Under the pieces are notes generated by a model that was not told the origin of the DNA, made no database searches, and was given only the letters and a program-made list of their open reading frames with translations. DNA of 64,000 nucleotides from Trichodelitschia bisporula. Its lineage: Eukaryota. Position numbers and translations under genes: made by a program. Within the stretch, counting starts at the first letter, position 1. Each line of letters starts with the position of its first letter. Location: NCBI GenBank assembly GCA_010356995.1, contig ML996702.1, positions 310,001-374,000 of the forward strand, in the 5' to 3' direction. Positions 49,137-61,793 of the stretch are shown piece by piece.

Positions 49137-50697
49137 ATGATACCGCAGCTCCCTCGCCTCGGCGACTACGATGTTTCGCCAGTGCATGGGTTCTTGCCAA
49201 CCGAGGCGCCCCTTGAATGTTTGCCTGGCAGCTACTACGCACCATGGGAGCATGTGATATCGAACCTCCAGCCACTGATCCTCACGCATCGTCTCCGCCA
49301 TGTCATTGACAATATGTCGGTCCTTGACACGTCCTTGTTGTGTAGCAAAGCTGAGTGGCGCCGCGCCTACTCGATCCTCGGGTTCATGGTGCATGCATAC
49401 ATCTGGGGAGGACCTACGCCACAGGATGTGAGTCGAGTTCGCCCATGATTAGTCCCATATACTCACTGTATTGCAGAGAGTGCCACCCTCGCTCTCTATT
49501 CCGTTCCTGGAAGCGTGCAGGTATTTTGAAATCCCTCCCGTGGCGACGTATGCAGGAGTGTGCCTGTGGAACTGGAAGCCGGTGGTCGAGGGAGCTCGAA
49601 TCGACCACCTCGAAGACATCTTTACGTTGCATACCTTTACAGGCTCCATGGACGAATCCTGGTTCTACCTGGTTTCGGTTGCCATTGAAGCTCGCAGTGG
49701 GCCGCTCATTCCCCTCATGCTCGATGCAATGCGCGCCGTCCGGTCCGATGACTCCGAGTTTGTGACCGAGTGCCTGCGCACCCTTGCCGAATGCATTGAT
49801 AAGCTGGGAACCATGATGCTCAGGATGAATGAGGCTTGCAATCCCCAAGTCTTTTATCACACCATCCGGCCTTTCCTGGCAGGCAGCAAGAACATGGCGG
49901 AGGCTGGTCTCCCAAATGGCGTGATCTTCGATACTGGCTCCCCAACGGATGCTTATGTGCAGTTCTCAGGAGGCTCCAATGCACAGTCGTCGATAATCCA
50001 GTTCTTCGACTTGATCCTGAACGTCAATCACCGCGCTACTGGGGAAGGTCCTCCTGCTGTTGGATCGGAATCATATTCTGCCAACCCACCTGGGAACAAC
50101 TTCCTGCAGGACATGCGATCGTACATGCCGGGCCAGCATCGGCGCTTCCTCGAGCATATCGCTCGGGTCACCAACATCCATTCGTATGTTGAAGCTAGCC
50201 GGGACAACTGCGCTCTCAAGTTGGCGTGGGACGCCTGCGTAGCGATGCTCCACCACTTTCGCTCGAAGCACATGCAGATCGTCTCCCGGTACATCGTAGT
50301 TCCTGCCCGCGACATTCAGAGCGGCAGCGTCCGCGGTGAGAGCAAGAGCCCAGAGCCGCGCGGTAGACGCGTGATGAACCTGGCGACAGCCTCGAAAGCC
50401 GAATCGGTCAAGAAGCTCCGAGGTACCGGCGGTACGGCATTGATTCCTTTCCTCAAACAAGCGCGCGATGAGACTGGCGAGAAAGCGATCGGTCCTTGGG
50501 CGCGGCGCCTGATGGGCAATGGGCCAGGCACGCAAGAGGTCGCAGAAGGTGGCCCGGTCACTGCCTCCGGATCCCAGAGGAACGGTGGAGCGAGGCTGAC
50601 CAAGGTCGGTGAGCATGCGAACGGCGGCCTGGAAGTGGTGGGGTTGGCGGGAGTGTGGCGGGTTGATGATAGTGAGGGCGGGATATGCCACTGGTGA
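49137..50697 (+). CDS. BNA2: Indoleamine 2,3-dioxygenase (Bna2/IdoA type; kynurenine and NAD de novo pathway)
   Basis: 'HGFLP', 'PPVATYAGVCLWN', 'FTGSMDESWFYLVS', 'SGGSNAQSS', 'MRSYMP', heme His in 'FRSKHMQIVSRYI', 'GTGGT'; intron 49428-49476. Confidence 0.95.
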
Positions 50698-51721
50698 GGA
50701 CTAATAGTGCGGGGTTTTTCGTTGCTTTTCTCTGTACTGGTTGGTGGGTGGAGCGCTTGCTTTTGCTCTACGATGATGGGTGGCTGCTTTGCTTTTTATG
50801 CGCTGCATGACGGAGGTTTTCTGCTCTTCGCTCATCCATGATTCCCCGCTTCCTGGCTCTTCCCTCAGCGGCCGGGGAGAATTCCGTTCATGCGGCGGGA
50901 CGGGCGGGTTCTTTGCATTCCATTTTTCTCTGCATTTGCAGCTTTATTCCCCTACGGGATCCTCGCGGGGTGGTTCGGCGGCATGTTCGGGGTATGCGTT
51001 ACGTGGTCGGTTTTACTGACATCACTGCTTGTTATGGGATTTAGTTTAGTCTGCGCGCTACTTTGTTCTCGGGTTGAGCTCAGTTCTTTGCGAAATGCAC
51101 GCCCGGGGATGACTGCTCTATGTCGTTAGATCTCTGTTCTTTGATGCTGATAAAGGGATAATGGGATCTACGTCAATACTCTCTCCTCAGGACTGTTGAG
51201 GGGGCACTATGGATCATGGAGGAGGTGTCCGCCGTCTCTTTGATGTCACAGCAATGTTGCAGGGAGTTCTCTGGGGGGGGAGATCCCAATCGGGCCTATT
51301 TCGAGATGTCTTCTATGAGTTTGAGCAGGTCCTAAGACTTGTAAGCATTTCTGAGGTCAATTTCAACTCAGCTTCACCTCCCGACACCGACGATCAGAGA
51401 TGTGACGCCTCTCACGTGATGTTTCACCGCATTTGGGTCACGGGCCCGCTTTTGGCGTTGGTGGATTTGAGGCCGCAAGATAAGCAATCTCGTCGCACAG
51501 CATTCCTACAAGTTTCAACCTCACTTCAACCCAAATTGCAGTTTCAAGGTCTCAAGCTCTCATACCCCTTTCATTAGGATTTACATCTATAGTTTGACCC
51601 CTTCGTAGTCATACGTGCTGCCACCCATGGTATCATCGTATCCAAATCAAAACGCATTATGGCGCCAGTCTCGCTGAACGCACATGCAGAACAGAATAAC
51701 AAAAACCCTAACTCCAACCGG

Positions 51722-52958
51722 CTACATCAGACCGGCCACAAGGGCCACACCAAGCCCCAGTAGGCCCGCCATGGCTCCCGTAACCCTCAGTTCAGCCGCT
51801 GCACCCGTCGCCTTAGCGGGCGAGGAAGCACTCGTCTTGCTAGATGCCGCCGACACCACGGTCGCTATGGCGCTCGTGCTTGTAGCCGAGGAGGAGGAAG
51901 AGGTCTTGGACGCCGAACTGGTGCCCGTGATGTTACTCGGCTTTTCCGTAGCGAGCTGGATGGTAGGCACCTGCGAAGCCTTAGTCGCGCCGGCAGTGCT
52001 GGTGGTGAGCGGGGTATCATCGGAAGGCGACGATTCACCGCCAAGCTTCCCATCGACAACCTTGATGCTGTCGAAGGAGCCCGACTGGTCGGTCCACTGG
52101 TACTCCTTGCCGGGGGAGTAGTTGGTGATGGACACGCGGCGGACGACCATGGCGAAGGGCGCCTTGCTGAAGTCCGTCTTGCCACCCGCCCACTCAATGG
52201 TGCCCTGGCCGTTGGTCGGGTCGCCACCAGCCCAGGAGCCGAGGCGCAGACGCATCGGGGTCTGCGGGAAGCGCGAGCCGCCCTTTGCGTCTTTGTAGGC
52301 GAGGCTGCGCACAACCACGTCATCGATGATCCATAGGATCTTGTCCTGTGTCCACGTCACGGTGTAGGTGTGGAAGTTAGCCTGAGGGTCGGCGATGGGG
52401 TGCCAGACGGCGCGGTCGTATGTGCTTGTGTCGCCCTTGCCAAAATAGTTGGTCTGAATGTGGGTGTTGTTGCCACCGATCAGTTCCTATTGACGTCAGT
52501 CGAGTTTCAAGCAGTGGTTTAGGGACTAGCGCACCCAGTCCACCTCGTCCAGGTTGTCCGATTCCAGGACGATAGAGCTCACAATGCCGACACCCGGCGC
52601 CGCCTTCATCTCGACGGAGAAGGATCCGAACAGCGCATATCCAGTGGTGTCGGCGGTGGGCGAATCATTCTGTTTCCCAACGATGAAGGAGCTCGCGCCG
52701 TTCTCCTTGGTGATGCTGCCCTGGCTCTCGATCTTGATCCAGTTAGGCGGGATAGTCGCCGCACCGAAGTCCGAGTCAAGGCTTGCGGGGAGGGCGGGGT
52801 TGTTCGCACATCCGGCTGCGTTACGTTAGTTTCGCGCCAGGGTCCATTTTAGTGTGTATACTCTTCTTGGTCGGGTCGCACTTGGAGAAAGTCTGCGCGA
52901 AAGACTGTGAAGCGGTGGCGAGAACGACGACCGCCTGGGTGAATTGTGAGGTACGCAT
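51722..52958 (-). CDS. GH16 Crh/Crf chitin-glucan transglycosylase, GPI-anchored
   Basis: Signal peptide, 'CDPTKK', catalytic 'LDEVDW|E', 'QTNYFGKG', 'FPQTPMRLRLGSWAGG', S/T stalk and hydrophobic tail. Confidence 0.93.
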
Positions 52959-55584
52959 GGTGATGGCAGGAGGGTATGCAGATCAAACGACTAGTTGATG
53001 CTTCGTGCGGAGATGCTGCGGGAGGAAACGAAACGACTGCCCCTTGGGTATTTAAGTTGCGTGATGATGAAGAATATATTATTGCGGCGGTTTATATTGG
53101 GGCGAAGCCCAAGTATAATTGGCGACAGCGGAGTTGGTGCCTGGACCCAAGTGTCCGAGCTTCTAATATATATCCCTACAACCGTAGGATGTTGAACTTA
53201 TCGGAAGGATTCGCCACAAAACGAATGTGCGTAGGTTGAGGATGAGGAGGGATTGCTGGGTGGATTCGTGAACGACTGGTGCTTGAGGTCGAAGTCAGGG
53301 ATGGGGGACATTCGGGGGTTATGAAGGCCGGGACGGATTTGGCAACCACGAGGTCAAGCTGGGCTGAACACGCAAGTGCTGACGGCACTAGCTATTCTTT
53401 GCTACTTCTTATTGAGCTAAGAAACTCAGGAGCCTCAGCTTTTCTCTGCGTTCGTCCCTAAACGACATGCAAGAGGTGCATGAGCGAAACGCGCTGGGTG
53501 CGGAAATGCGCCTCCTCGGCCTTGTCCTTTGCAGGCATTCACGCCACATTTCGCCCCGCCTTTTCGCTTTTCGGCTACGCCAGCGGACGCTTTTGGGGAA
53601 CAAGAGATGGCAAGTTGGACGCCGGTCCCGGGCTAAAGCGAACGAGATGTTGGAGAAGTCAGTGCAGGTCTCGTGTTCGGTCCCTCCATACCGTACATAG
53701 GTTGCTGAAAGCTATCTTTGGAATACCAAAAGAAGGGCCGAGTTCGGTCCAAGTGATCATCGGATTTTCATAGGGCGAACTAGGTAGGCTAACCCATTGG
53801 AAACCTTCGTCGCTGGAGAATACGATGTTGCATTCGGACCAAGCGACTCACACGCGCACGTCATGAAGTCGTCGCTGACATGATGGAAGGAGTTGAAGTG
53901 AAAAAGTTTATGGCTCAAGGACGTGGCTGAGCACCACCTCCGCGATCTTCAACCATGCCTTCACAGCGAGGCTGCAGATTGCTTGCCGTCGCCTACCCTA
54001 TCAAAGTGGCGCACAGCTAGCCACACCTCTCACGTCGCACTCTCGCCATCGCCACTGGCTGTGGTGACATCTCGACATGCAAAGATGTGGAGTTCAGCTT
54101 TGGTGACACGGTACATCCGTACCTGCCGCAGGATCTGGCGACTGTCCATTCGCCGCCGAAGTGGCCCACGTGCGTGCATCTCAGGTGCTCGGCAGAGCTG
54201 ATCGGAGACGGTTGACTCGGCCGGCTTCGTCGGTTCAAGGCCTCCAGCTGTCGTCGCACCATCTCTGCATTCTCCCCATTCTGCGTGAACGATAGGCGCA
54301 TTCTCAATTCTCCAAGCTGCAATTTGTCCACCAGGAATGCATTCACCTCTGGGCATAATCTTCCAACTGCGCAGAGCACCCTTACGGTATACGGGGTCGC
54401 TTGGCTCCTGAGCCAAGTGCGGCTACTCGCGCCTATCTCTTTGCCGCAGCCTCTAGCAGCGTGCCTGATGCAGGAACAGAAACTGAACTCACTAACCAAG
54501 ACGCTAGAAGCAGATATCCGTCTTGCTATCGATTCAGGGTCCAGGATGTGGGAATAAGGATATTCAGACTGCAGCCGCGCCGCCGTCGTCTCACCGTTGC
54601 ACCGCCAGTTGTGCCGTTTCCCTACACCATCTCCATCTCCGCATTCCGTCATTTCGTATTGAGAAAGATCAACCCTTGTACGCAGAAGTACATATTTCCA
54701 GGTGCCAGAAGAAGCGTTTCTCCAGCGGGCCATCCCCGCCGTCGACAAGCACTGCCCCGCCCCAAGATATTGCACTAGATTAACTCTCATTTTAGATCAA
54801 GGAACTCCTCCGGGCTCATACGGTCGAAGCCTTGAGCTAAGAACGGGGTATCGGATCCTCTAAATAAAAAATATATGGCCCGAAGCGTCGCATCCCCGCT
54901 TCCCGCTGGCCCTATGTCCTTTGCGGTAATGGCGTTTCCCGGCTCCGCACCGGTGAAGGGATTGCTGATTGGAAACTGGCCGGGGATGGATGCTTTGGAT
55001 GGTACCTGAACTTTGACTTTTCTGCAATGACCCGTCCGATGTCGCAGCACTGAACTTCTAAATACCCGCTCATTTCGGCTTGACGTCTGAAGCAGACTCA
55101 CCGTCGGCAGCGCAAGTCATGCTGCATTCGAGCCGGTCCGCAACAGTGCGATATGGGTGTCGCTCATTTCCGAGCGTCTGGCCGTGTCCGTGAGGCTCCT
55201 AAGCTTGGGTGCCGATATTTCCAGTGTGAACGGAGTGGGGCCATTATATTTTCTGCGCAGCTCGTTGAAGCCATGCGGGTTCACTGCAATCCGAAGATGT
55301 GCTGGTCGTATCCGTTTGATTTTTTCCTTAGTTATCATTAGGTAGCACTCACCGGTTCTTCTCAAGTTCTTCGGCATGGCCATTGTGGCAATCCAGCGAG
55401 CCATCTTCTCCCAACTCAAAGCATCAAACGAACGTCCAGGTACTCCATCCACATTAGGCCGCCCAAAGCCCGGGACCAAAACTCGGCCAAACTCCAGTAA
55501 CCAACCCGCAGCCGCCCACGCCAGACGCCTTTTTCTATTACCAAAAGATTGGAGCTTCTTCCCAGCCAAACGCTGTCCACGACT

Positions 55585-56774
55585 TCAGGGGTCATCGTCC
55601 CCTACCACATCGTCAATATACTGGCGCATCAGTAGCCCAGTTGCATCATCTTCACCCTCGAGATGCGCCCAAGCACCGGCAAAGTGTATGGCAAACATGC
55701 CCTTGCGCCACGGCCGCTTTTCCTGGTCCCAGCACTTGATCTCCTTGGGGAAGGCGTTGATGGTGGCCTGTGATACGAACTTGACGTGATTCGCGAACAC
55801 GCCGCCTCGAATGACGTCGCGTATGCAATCCTGCTCGCTGAGCTGTTGTTCGTACGTCGCGTTCGCTTCGTGGTATGCGATTGTCGCATTGATGAAGGGC
55901 TTAGCGCGTGGCGAGGCACGCGTAATAAAGGAGCCGGCATTAAGTTCCCAGCTAGTAGCGGGTTAGAAAAGTGCTCATGCGGCGAGGAAGAACACGGGAC
56001 GGCTCACCAGTCCGGCGTGAAGATCCAGTCGATGGCATCAGGGTCGGGAGTTTCCTTAATGGCGTCGGCAATTACATCAGTTAACTTCATAGTCATGTTG
56101 GTAATGAGCGTGTCAAAGTCCATCCACCAGATCCAGTCGTGCTGTCCGCCGTCGATGAGACGCTCGACCATCTCGAACTAAATTGCGGCGATCAGCAAGT
56201 GAACCACAACGCTCAGACCAACACTTTCCGCCCGGTAGGACAGCCTTGAACTGGCGGGGTACTACGCACTTTATGCCACATCAATCCCCGCTCGGCGTGC
56301 TGGTCGAAGTCGACGATGAAGTCGTAGCCGTGCTTGTTGGCGTACCCTGCACCGGTCAATGCCTCTTCCATCCCATGCGGAGAGAAACCACCCACGCTGA
56401 TGATTTCGCAACGACATGTGTAAATATGACTTTTGCTCCGTTGTAAAGGTAATAATAGCCACGCGGCTCTCATTCACCGGCCGAAATCCATTGAGGTATC
56501 CTTTCGTCTTCGGGCCTTTGGCCGTCACCGCTGCTGGAATGCCCACCTGGCCTGGTAAAGAAGGAACAACCACAACCTCGACTTCTCTGTCATCTGACAA
56601 GTGGCGTCCGAATCCACTCGCTCGAAGCTGCAGGAAGACGATGAGTGCCAGGAGCACTAAGACTGCCAGACGCATCGGATGCGGGACATGCCTCTGAAGC
56701 ACACGCGGCGTTGGTGAGTGCATCGCCTTTGCTGCCCAGGGCATGTTCATGAAGGCGGAGAGTGCTCCGAACAT
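55585..56774 (-). CDS. GT34 glycosyltransferase (GMA12/MNN10 family)
   Basis: Type II TM, 'YANKHGYDF', 'WHK', DxD in 'WIWWMDFDTLITN', 'NAGSF', 'FAIHFAGAW'; 3 introns. Confidence 0.9.
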
Positions 56775-58152
56775 GCGAGAAAGATCGTCCTCGAACCCGA
56801 TGCTCGTAGCACCAAAACGATAGAAAGCGGCAAGGAAAAATTAAATAGAAGATGTGTCACCGGGAGGTTGAGATCGTACTGCCACGTCAGGGACCTCAGA
56901 GAGCGGGGGAGGAGGTGAGGGAGAGAAGAGAGAGTTAAATAACCCGCGCGTGCACACGCGTCACTCGTCCAACCACGGCGAAATATAAGTACCCGACGCT
57001 CCTCACTCGTACCGGACCCCCTTCCCCTCGATGACAGCCTGGCTCCCGGCGCCATCTAGCCCATCCCGACGGCAGGGCTGTCGTGGGACGCTCAAGGCGT
57101 GGCCAGCTGGATCGCTTGCATCCAGTGGACGCCATTGCGGGGGAATCCCGCAACACAGAGAACACAACAGCGGAGCCGTAGCCCCGGGTTACCTTTGCAC
57201 GGAGACTGTGTCCATACGATCCTTGTCCGATTTGCAATGGGCGAAACCGCGAGAGCTTAAGACGAGAGTTTGACTTTCTTAGTTCTTGTCAGAACATCAG
57301 GACCGGGGACTGCAACTTCAGAGTGGGATCGTGCTCATCAGACTACCGAACACGATCCTAGTCAGCCAGACACGCATCGTCTTGCTGACAAAAATGCAGT
57401 CTGGACCAGCCTGCTCGCGCTTTACTCCTTTTCGACAGTCGAGGCGCGGCCGAGGAGTGCAGGAATGGCCAAGTTGCACGGGGAACAGGAGAGGACGAGA
57501 ACGCAGACCTAGCAAAGATGCCGCACAAGTGTCACGGCATGCAGAGAGGTGGAGAGCCGGTGGGAGGACGCTTTCTGGTTCCCTAAATGCAGACACGTAT
57601 GCCGAAGTGCTACAGAGATCAATTGCCATGAGAATTGGGTTTTGAGGCAAAATGCCTACGCGTCAGACCCGATTTTGTCACTTGTTTGTTGTTGCGGGGG
57701 TGGAGTGGCCGGCCCAACTTTCCTCTCCAGCTGAGGGGCTAGCCCAATCAGCTGATACCCCGGCCCCGCATCCCCTTTTTCACCCCTGAGATCGACGCTA
57801 GGGCGAGCTTATTTTTCGGCACAGGATCACGTAGCCGAACCAATCACACACACAGATTGCCCGCTTGCTCAATCGGATCGCGATTGGAAGCGGGAAGTCG
57901 ACGATCAACCTTCAATGCATGCCACGAGGCTGTCTCTGAGTCCTTCTAGAAAGATGTCCCTCGGAAAGAATGTGCTTCTAGAAACCGATGACAGCATGCT
58001 AGCTACCGCCTCTCCTCCTTTGTTCACAGCTAACGTCTCTACATCTACCACGGGACTCTGAGCGTACGGTACAGGCAATGTCTGAGGTATCTCGTGCATA
58101 TTTGAAAGTGCATTCCGTTCCCTACGGCGGGCCCACAATCAGCTAGATCTCC

Positions 58153-59890
58153 TCAAGCACGCCCAACCTTGAATGCCAGAATCTGCTAAAGGTTAGTACA
58201 AAACCTTAAACAGGCTACTATCGACATGGTATACGCACATCGTTCTTGCCGACCGCTACCACGTCGTCTTCCGACACCCTCACTCCACCAACCGTTTCAA
58301 CAAAAGCCAGAGGAGCGTCACCCATGACCTTCCGGTACACGTCACCAACAGTGGAGTTCCTAGAGATTTGTTAGCCCATCCACCGATGCTTTGGAGAACC
58401 AACGGCACATACTTTGGGACCAAAACGCAGTCTCTAAACACTTTACCGTCTCCAGCTCCGTATGTGTGTATATTTCTTACAGGAAAGACCGGCACCAGCC
58501 CGAGGAGTTGACTCGCCCTTGTAAGCACCTGCACGACGCCGGTACTTCCAAACCGATATAGGACCAGGTCTTTGAGGTTCTCCAGTCGAGTCCGCAGCTT
58601 GTCGTCCATCTCTTTCAACCCACCTCCATCAGGATCGCCATTAGCTATGAGGTCTTCACGCGTGTCCACGAATTCGGAGCCTTCAGTGTACCGGACGTAG
58701 CCCTGCTTGGCGAGTCGACGGAGGAAGATTTCGCTGATGGCGGAGGTGAGCACGAGAGATTCGGGAGGGTAGGCTTTGGCGATTTTCGCTATATTCTAAA
58801 GGACTGTGAGCTGTCCGTGTGGTCTTATTGGCATTTACACGCACCTTATCCGCATCCGGATGGTCGATCTTATTTAATGCGATGACCGTAGGAAACTTCT
58901 CGTCGATAAAGGCATTGACGACCTTTTCCACCGTCTCGTCCGACCACTTATCCAGGGGCTCCTTGATGGCTAACCGATCCATGAACCGGGCTACGATCTT
59001 GGTTGTGCTCCCATAGCCAGAGAATTGGTTCTGTAGTGTGTCAACGGGCGAAGCTTCTGCAACAAAAGTCAGAAGAGTTGGTCAAGCGGCCAGGCCAGAC
59101 CTACTTATCGCAACATGACGCCGCTTTATCGACCCCCTAAATGGATGAGCGAGTTCTCGCCACCTCTGGTTATAGCTCAACATACCACTTTTCCATCAAG
59201 TTTCCCAGAACCCATCTTACAATTTCGGCCCTTAACCATACAATATCTTGACTGGGATCATAGCCTCTCGTCGCCTTTCCTGCTCCTAGTCAGCCAACCC
59301 CTCAAGGGGGACCGATACTCACCCTCAGCATCCGTCGTCCCGCTCACATCCACCACATGCACAAGCGCATCGGCATGCCTCAGATCGTCCAGAAACTTAT
59401 TCCCCAGGCCCCGTCCCATGTGTGCTCCTGGCACCAGCCCAGCCACATCGAGCAACTCAATGGGCACGCTCCGCCGTCCTTCCACACAACCGCCATAGTT
59501 TGGCTTGCACTTATTGGTAACGCCGAACCGCGCACATGCGCACTCAATCTGTAGGTACCCTATCGCACGCTGAGGATCGATCGTCGTGAAGCTGTACGAG
59601 CAGAGAAGTGAGCACCGGGCCGGGAGGCATTGACGCATGGAGTCCACTCACGGAAAGTTGCCTGGGAACCGATACATTAGCACTTGGGGGAACGGAAGCG
59701 GGAGCGCGGCCGGCGCGCATTCGAAGCTCCCTTACCCACTTTTGAGCTCGCGTCTGTCAAGCTGTCAAGCATCACCTTAGAATCTGCTCATCTTCCAACG
59801 CACATAGAGGAACGAGGCGCACCTATTCAGTGTCGATGATTTGCCCGACGACGGTTTGCCGACGAGGCCGATGAGCGGGTCGCGCGGCAT
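58153..59890 (-). CDS. Ygr210-like OBG-family GTPase
   Basis: G1 '[12 protein letters not shown]', G2 'GNFPFTTIDP', G3 '[24 protein letters not shown]', G4 'NKID', last exon 'ILAFKVGRA*'; about 9 introns. Confidence 0.93.
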
Positions 59891-60351
59891 CGTATGTTCT
59901 CGAGGTCGTGCGATACAGCTTATGCAGCGATAAGTTGGTGCGGTAGTAGGAAACGATACTTGCTGAACTGCGGGGGTTAGTGTACAAGGTGAGGGGCCGT
60001 TCTGGGCAATTGGCAGGACTAGTTTGCGGTGGGGGAGAACAGACATCCCGGTCACGATGATGCGTGGCTGATTATGTGGCTGAGAGCCACTCACATAGCA
60101 GATCCAACGGGGCACTACGCAGTACACTTTCGGACATCGTCCAGTCTTATGAACACGACCAAGCAATCCATGTATAAAGGCGGCTACAAAAGATACACCC
60201 GCTAGCTGGAATCCAGAACACAAACAAGATGCAGGTATCCCTCCATCTAATCATCCCACACAAGTCGACTGCTATGCACATGTGATGTGCGCATTATCGG
60301 TCCCAGAAATGCATAGGCACATGTCCCCCTCAGACCTTTTTATGTCCTTAT

Positions 60352-61793
60352 TTACAAAAGAATCGCCGAAACAGCCATCAAACCAGCCGCAAAGGTCAAA
60401 CCAGAGAGCTTCACCGAGACCGCCGCACTCTTCTTGGTAGAGCCGCTGCCGGTGCTGTTCGAGCTGCCGCCGGATGAGAAGCCGGTAGAGGGAGTGCCAG
60501 CATTCTGCGAACCAGTGGTACCCTTGTTACCGGGACCCGCGCCAGCACCCTCCTTGAGGTACTGCTCGGCCTTGGAGGGCATCGTGGGAAGATCCGTGGT
60601 CGTGACAGCCCACTTGTCGCTTGCGGCAGGGCACTGGCTAGCGGAGCCGCTCGACTTGTAGCCACCATCGCCGGAAGGCGGCGAAGTGTTCGAGAGAGCC
60701 GACTTGAGGGCCGTGAAGTCATCACGCTCGGTGACCGTGTCCCCGGAGATTTCAACCAGGCCGTAGTTGGAGTCCTCCTGCGAGTACTCATAGACCAGGC
60801 CGCCGGAGTAGACGGGTGTCATTTGGCTGCCGTACAGAGCAGCAACTTCCGCGAACTTGCGGGTGTTGGTGTTGCAACCATACTCCGAAAGGCTGGCAGC
60901 GTTAGAGGTGGAGATGAGAAATATATGGAAGCTTACAAAAGGGGAAGGCCGTAGTCCTTGTACTGTACCACCTTCTTGTCCCAGCCAGAGATGGTGTAGG
61001 ATGAAGGATCGCACCAAGAGTAGTCGTTGAAAGCGTAAAAGTCGCTGCGGACATCGTCGCTTCCGCAGTTCATGTACTGTGCCATCTCGTACCGGTTCTC
61101 CTCGACATCGGCGGCGGAGTAGCCGACAGGGATCGAACGATACCCCCGGGCCTTGATGTAGGCGCGGATGTCGCGAGTGACAGCCTTCACGTAGGGAGCG
61201 GCGAAGGTGGTGTTGTGGTTGTTGATGACCTCATTCGCGGAGTAGAAGAGGAGGGTGTTGTCGTACTTTGCGAACGCGTCAACGGTAGCAAAGACGCTCT
61301 GCAGGTACACCTCATTGTACGACCGTTGGATCGACGGCTCGTCCAACCGGTTGAGGGAGTAGTAAGGGGTGTTGACATCCAAAGCCAGGTAGATGCCAGC
61401 ATCGGCCAGGGTCTTCATGCAAGCATCGTGATCGGCCGAGTTATCAACGGTGTACACACGGATGGTGTTGATGCCCAGTTCCTTGAACTTCGCCACATCA
61501 CGTTCGCAGCCCGAGGTGTCGGCAATAGGATCCGCAGCCGCAGAGGCACCGCCTTTTGTACGTTAGTCTATACATACGATGCTTTGAGGGCACGATATGA
61601 TATTACCGGGCTGGTAGTCCACACCGCGGATGTAGAAGCGGCCCTTGGAGGTGAAGAATGCATTCCCCTTGACACTGACAGGAGGCGTCTTAGCATTGCT
61701 GATGGTCGTCGCGCGACGATTCAGGTCGGTCGGGCCAGCAATGACGGTAGAGAAGAGGGCAGAAGCCGCGAGGAAAGCGTTTGACCCCTTCAT
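60352..61793 (-). CDS. GH72 1,3-beta-glucanosyltransferase (Gel1/Gas5-like, no CBM43), GPI-anchored
   Basis: 'RFYIRGVDYQPG', 'LGINTIRVY', catalytic 'SANEV' and 'LSEYGC', 'YSGGLVYEY', S/G-rich linker and GPI signal. Confidence 0.95.

Noticed and set aside
55570..55587. Stop-codon readthrough from GT34 into the in-frame 150-aa ORF
   Set aside because: The context is TGA-AGT rather than the leaky TGA-CTA, and the extension has no recognisable domain or PTS1.
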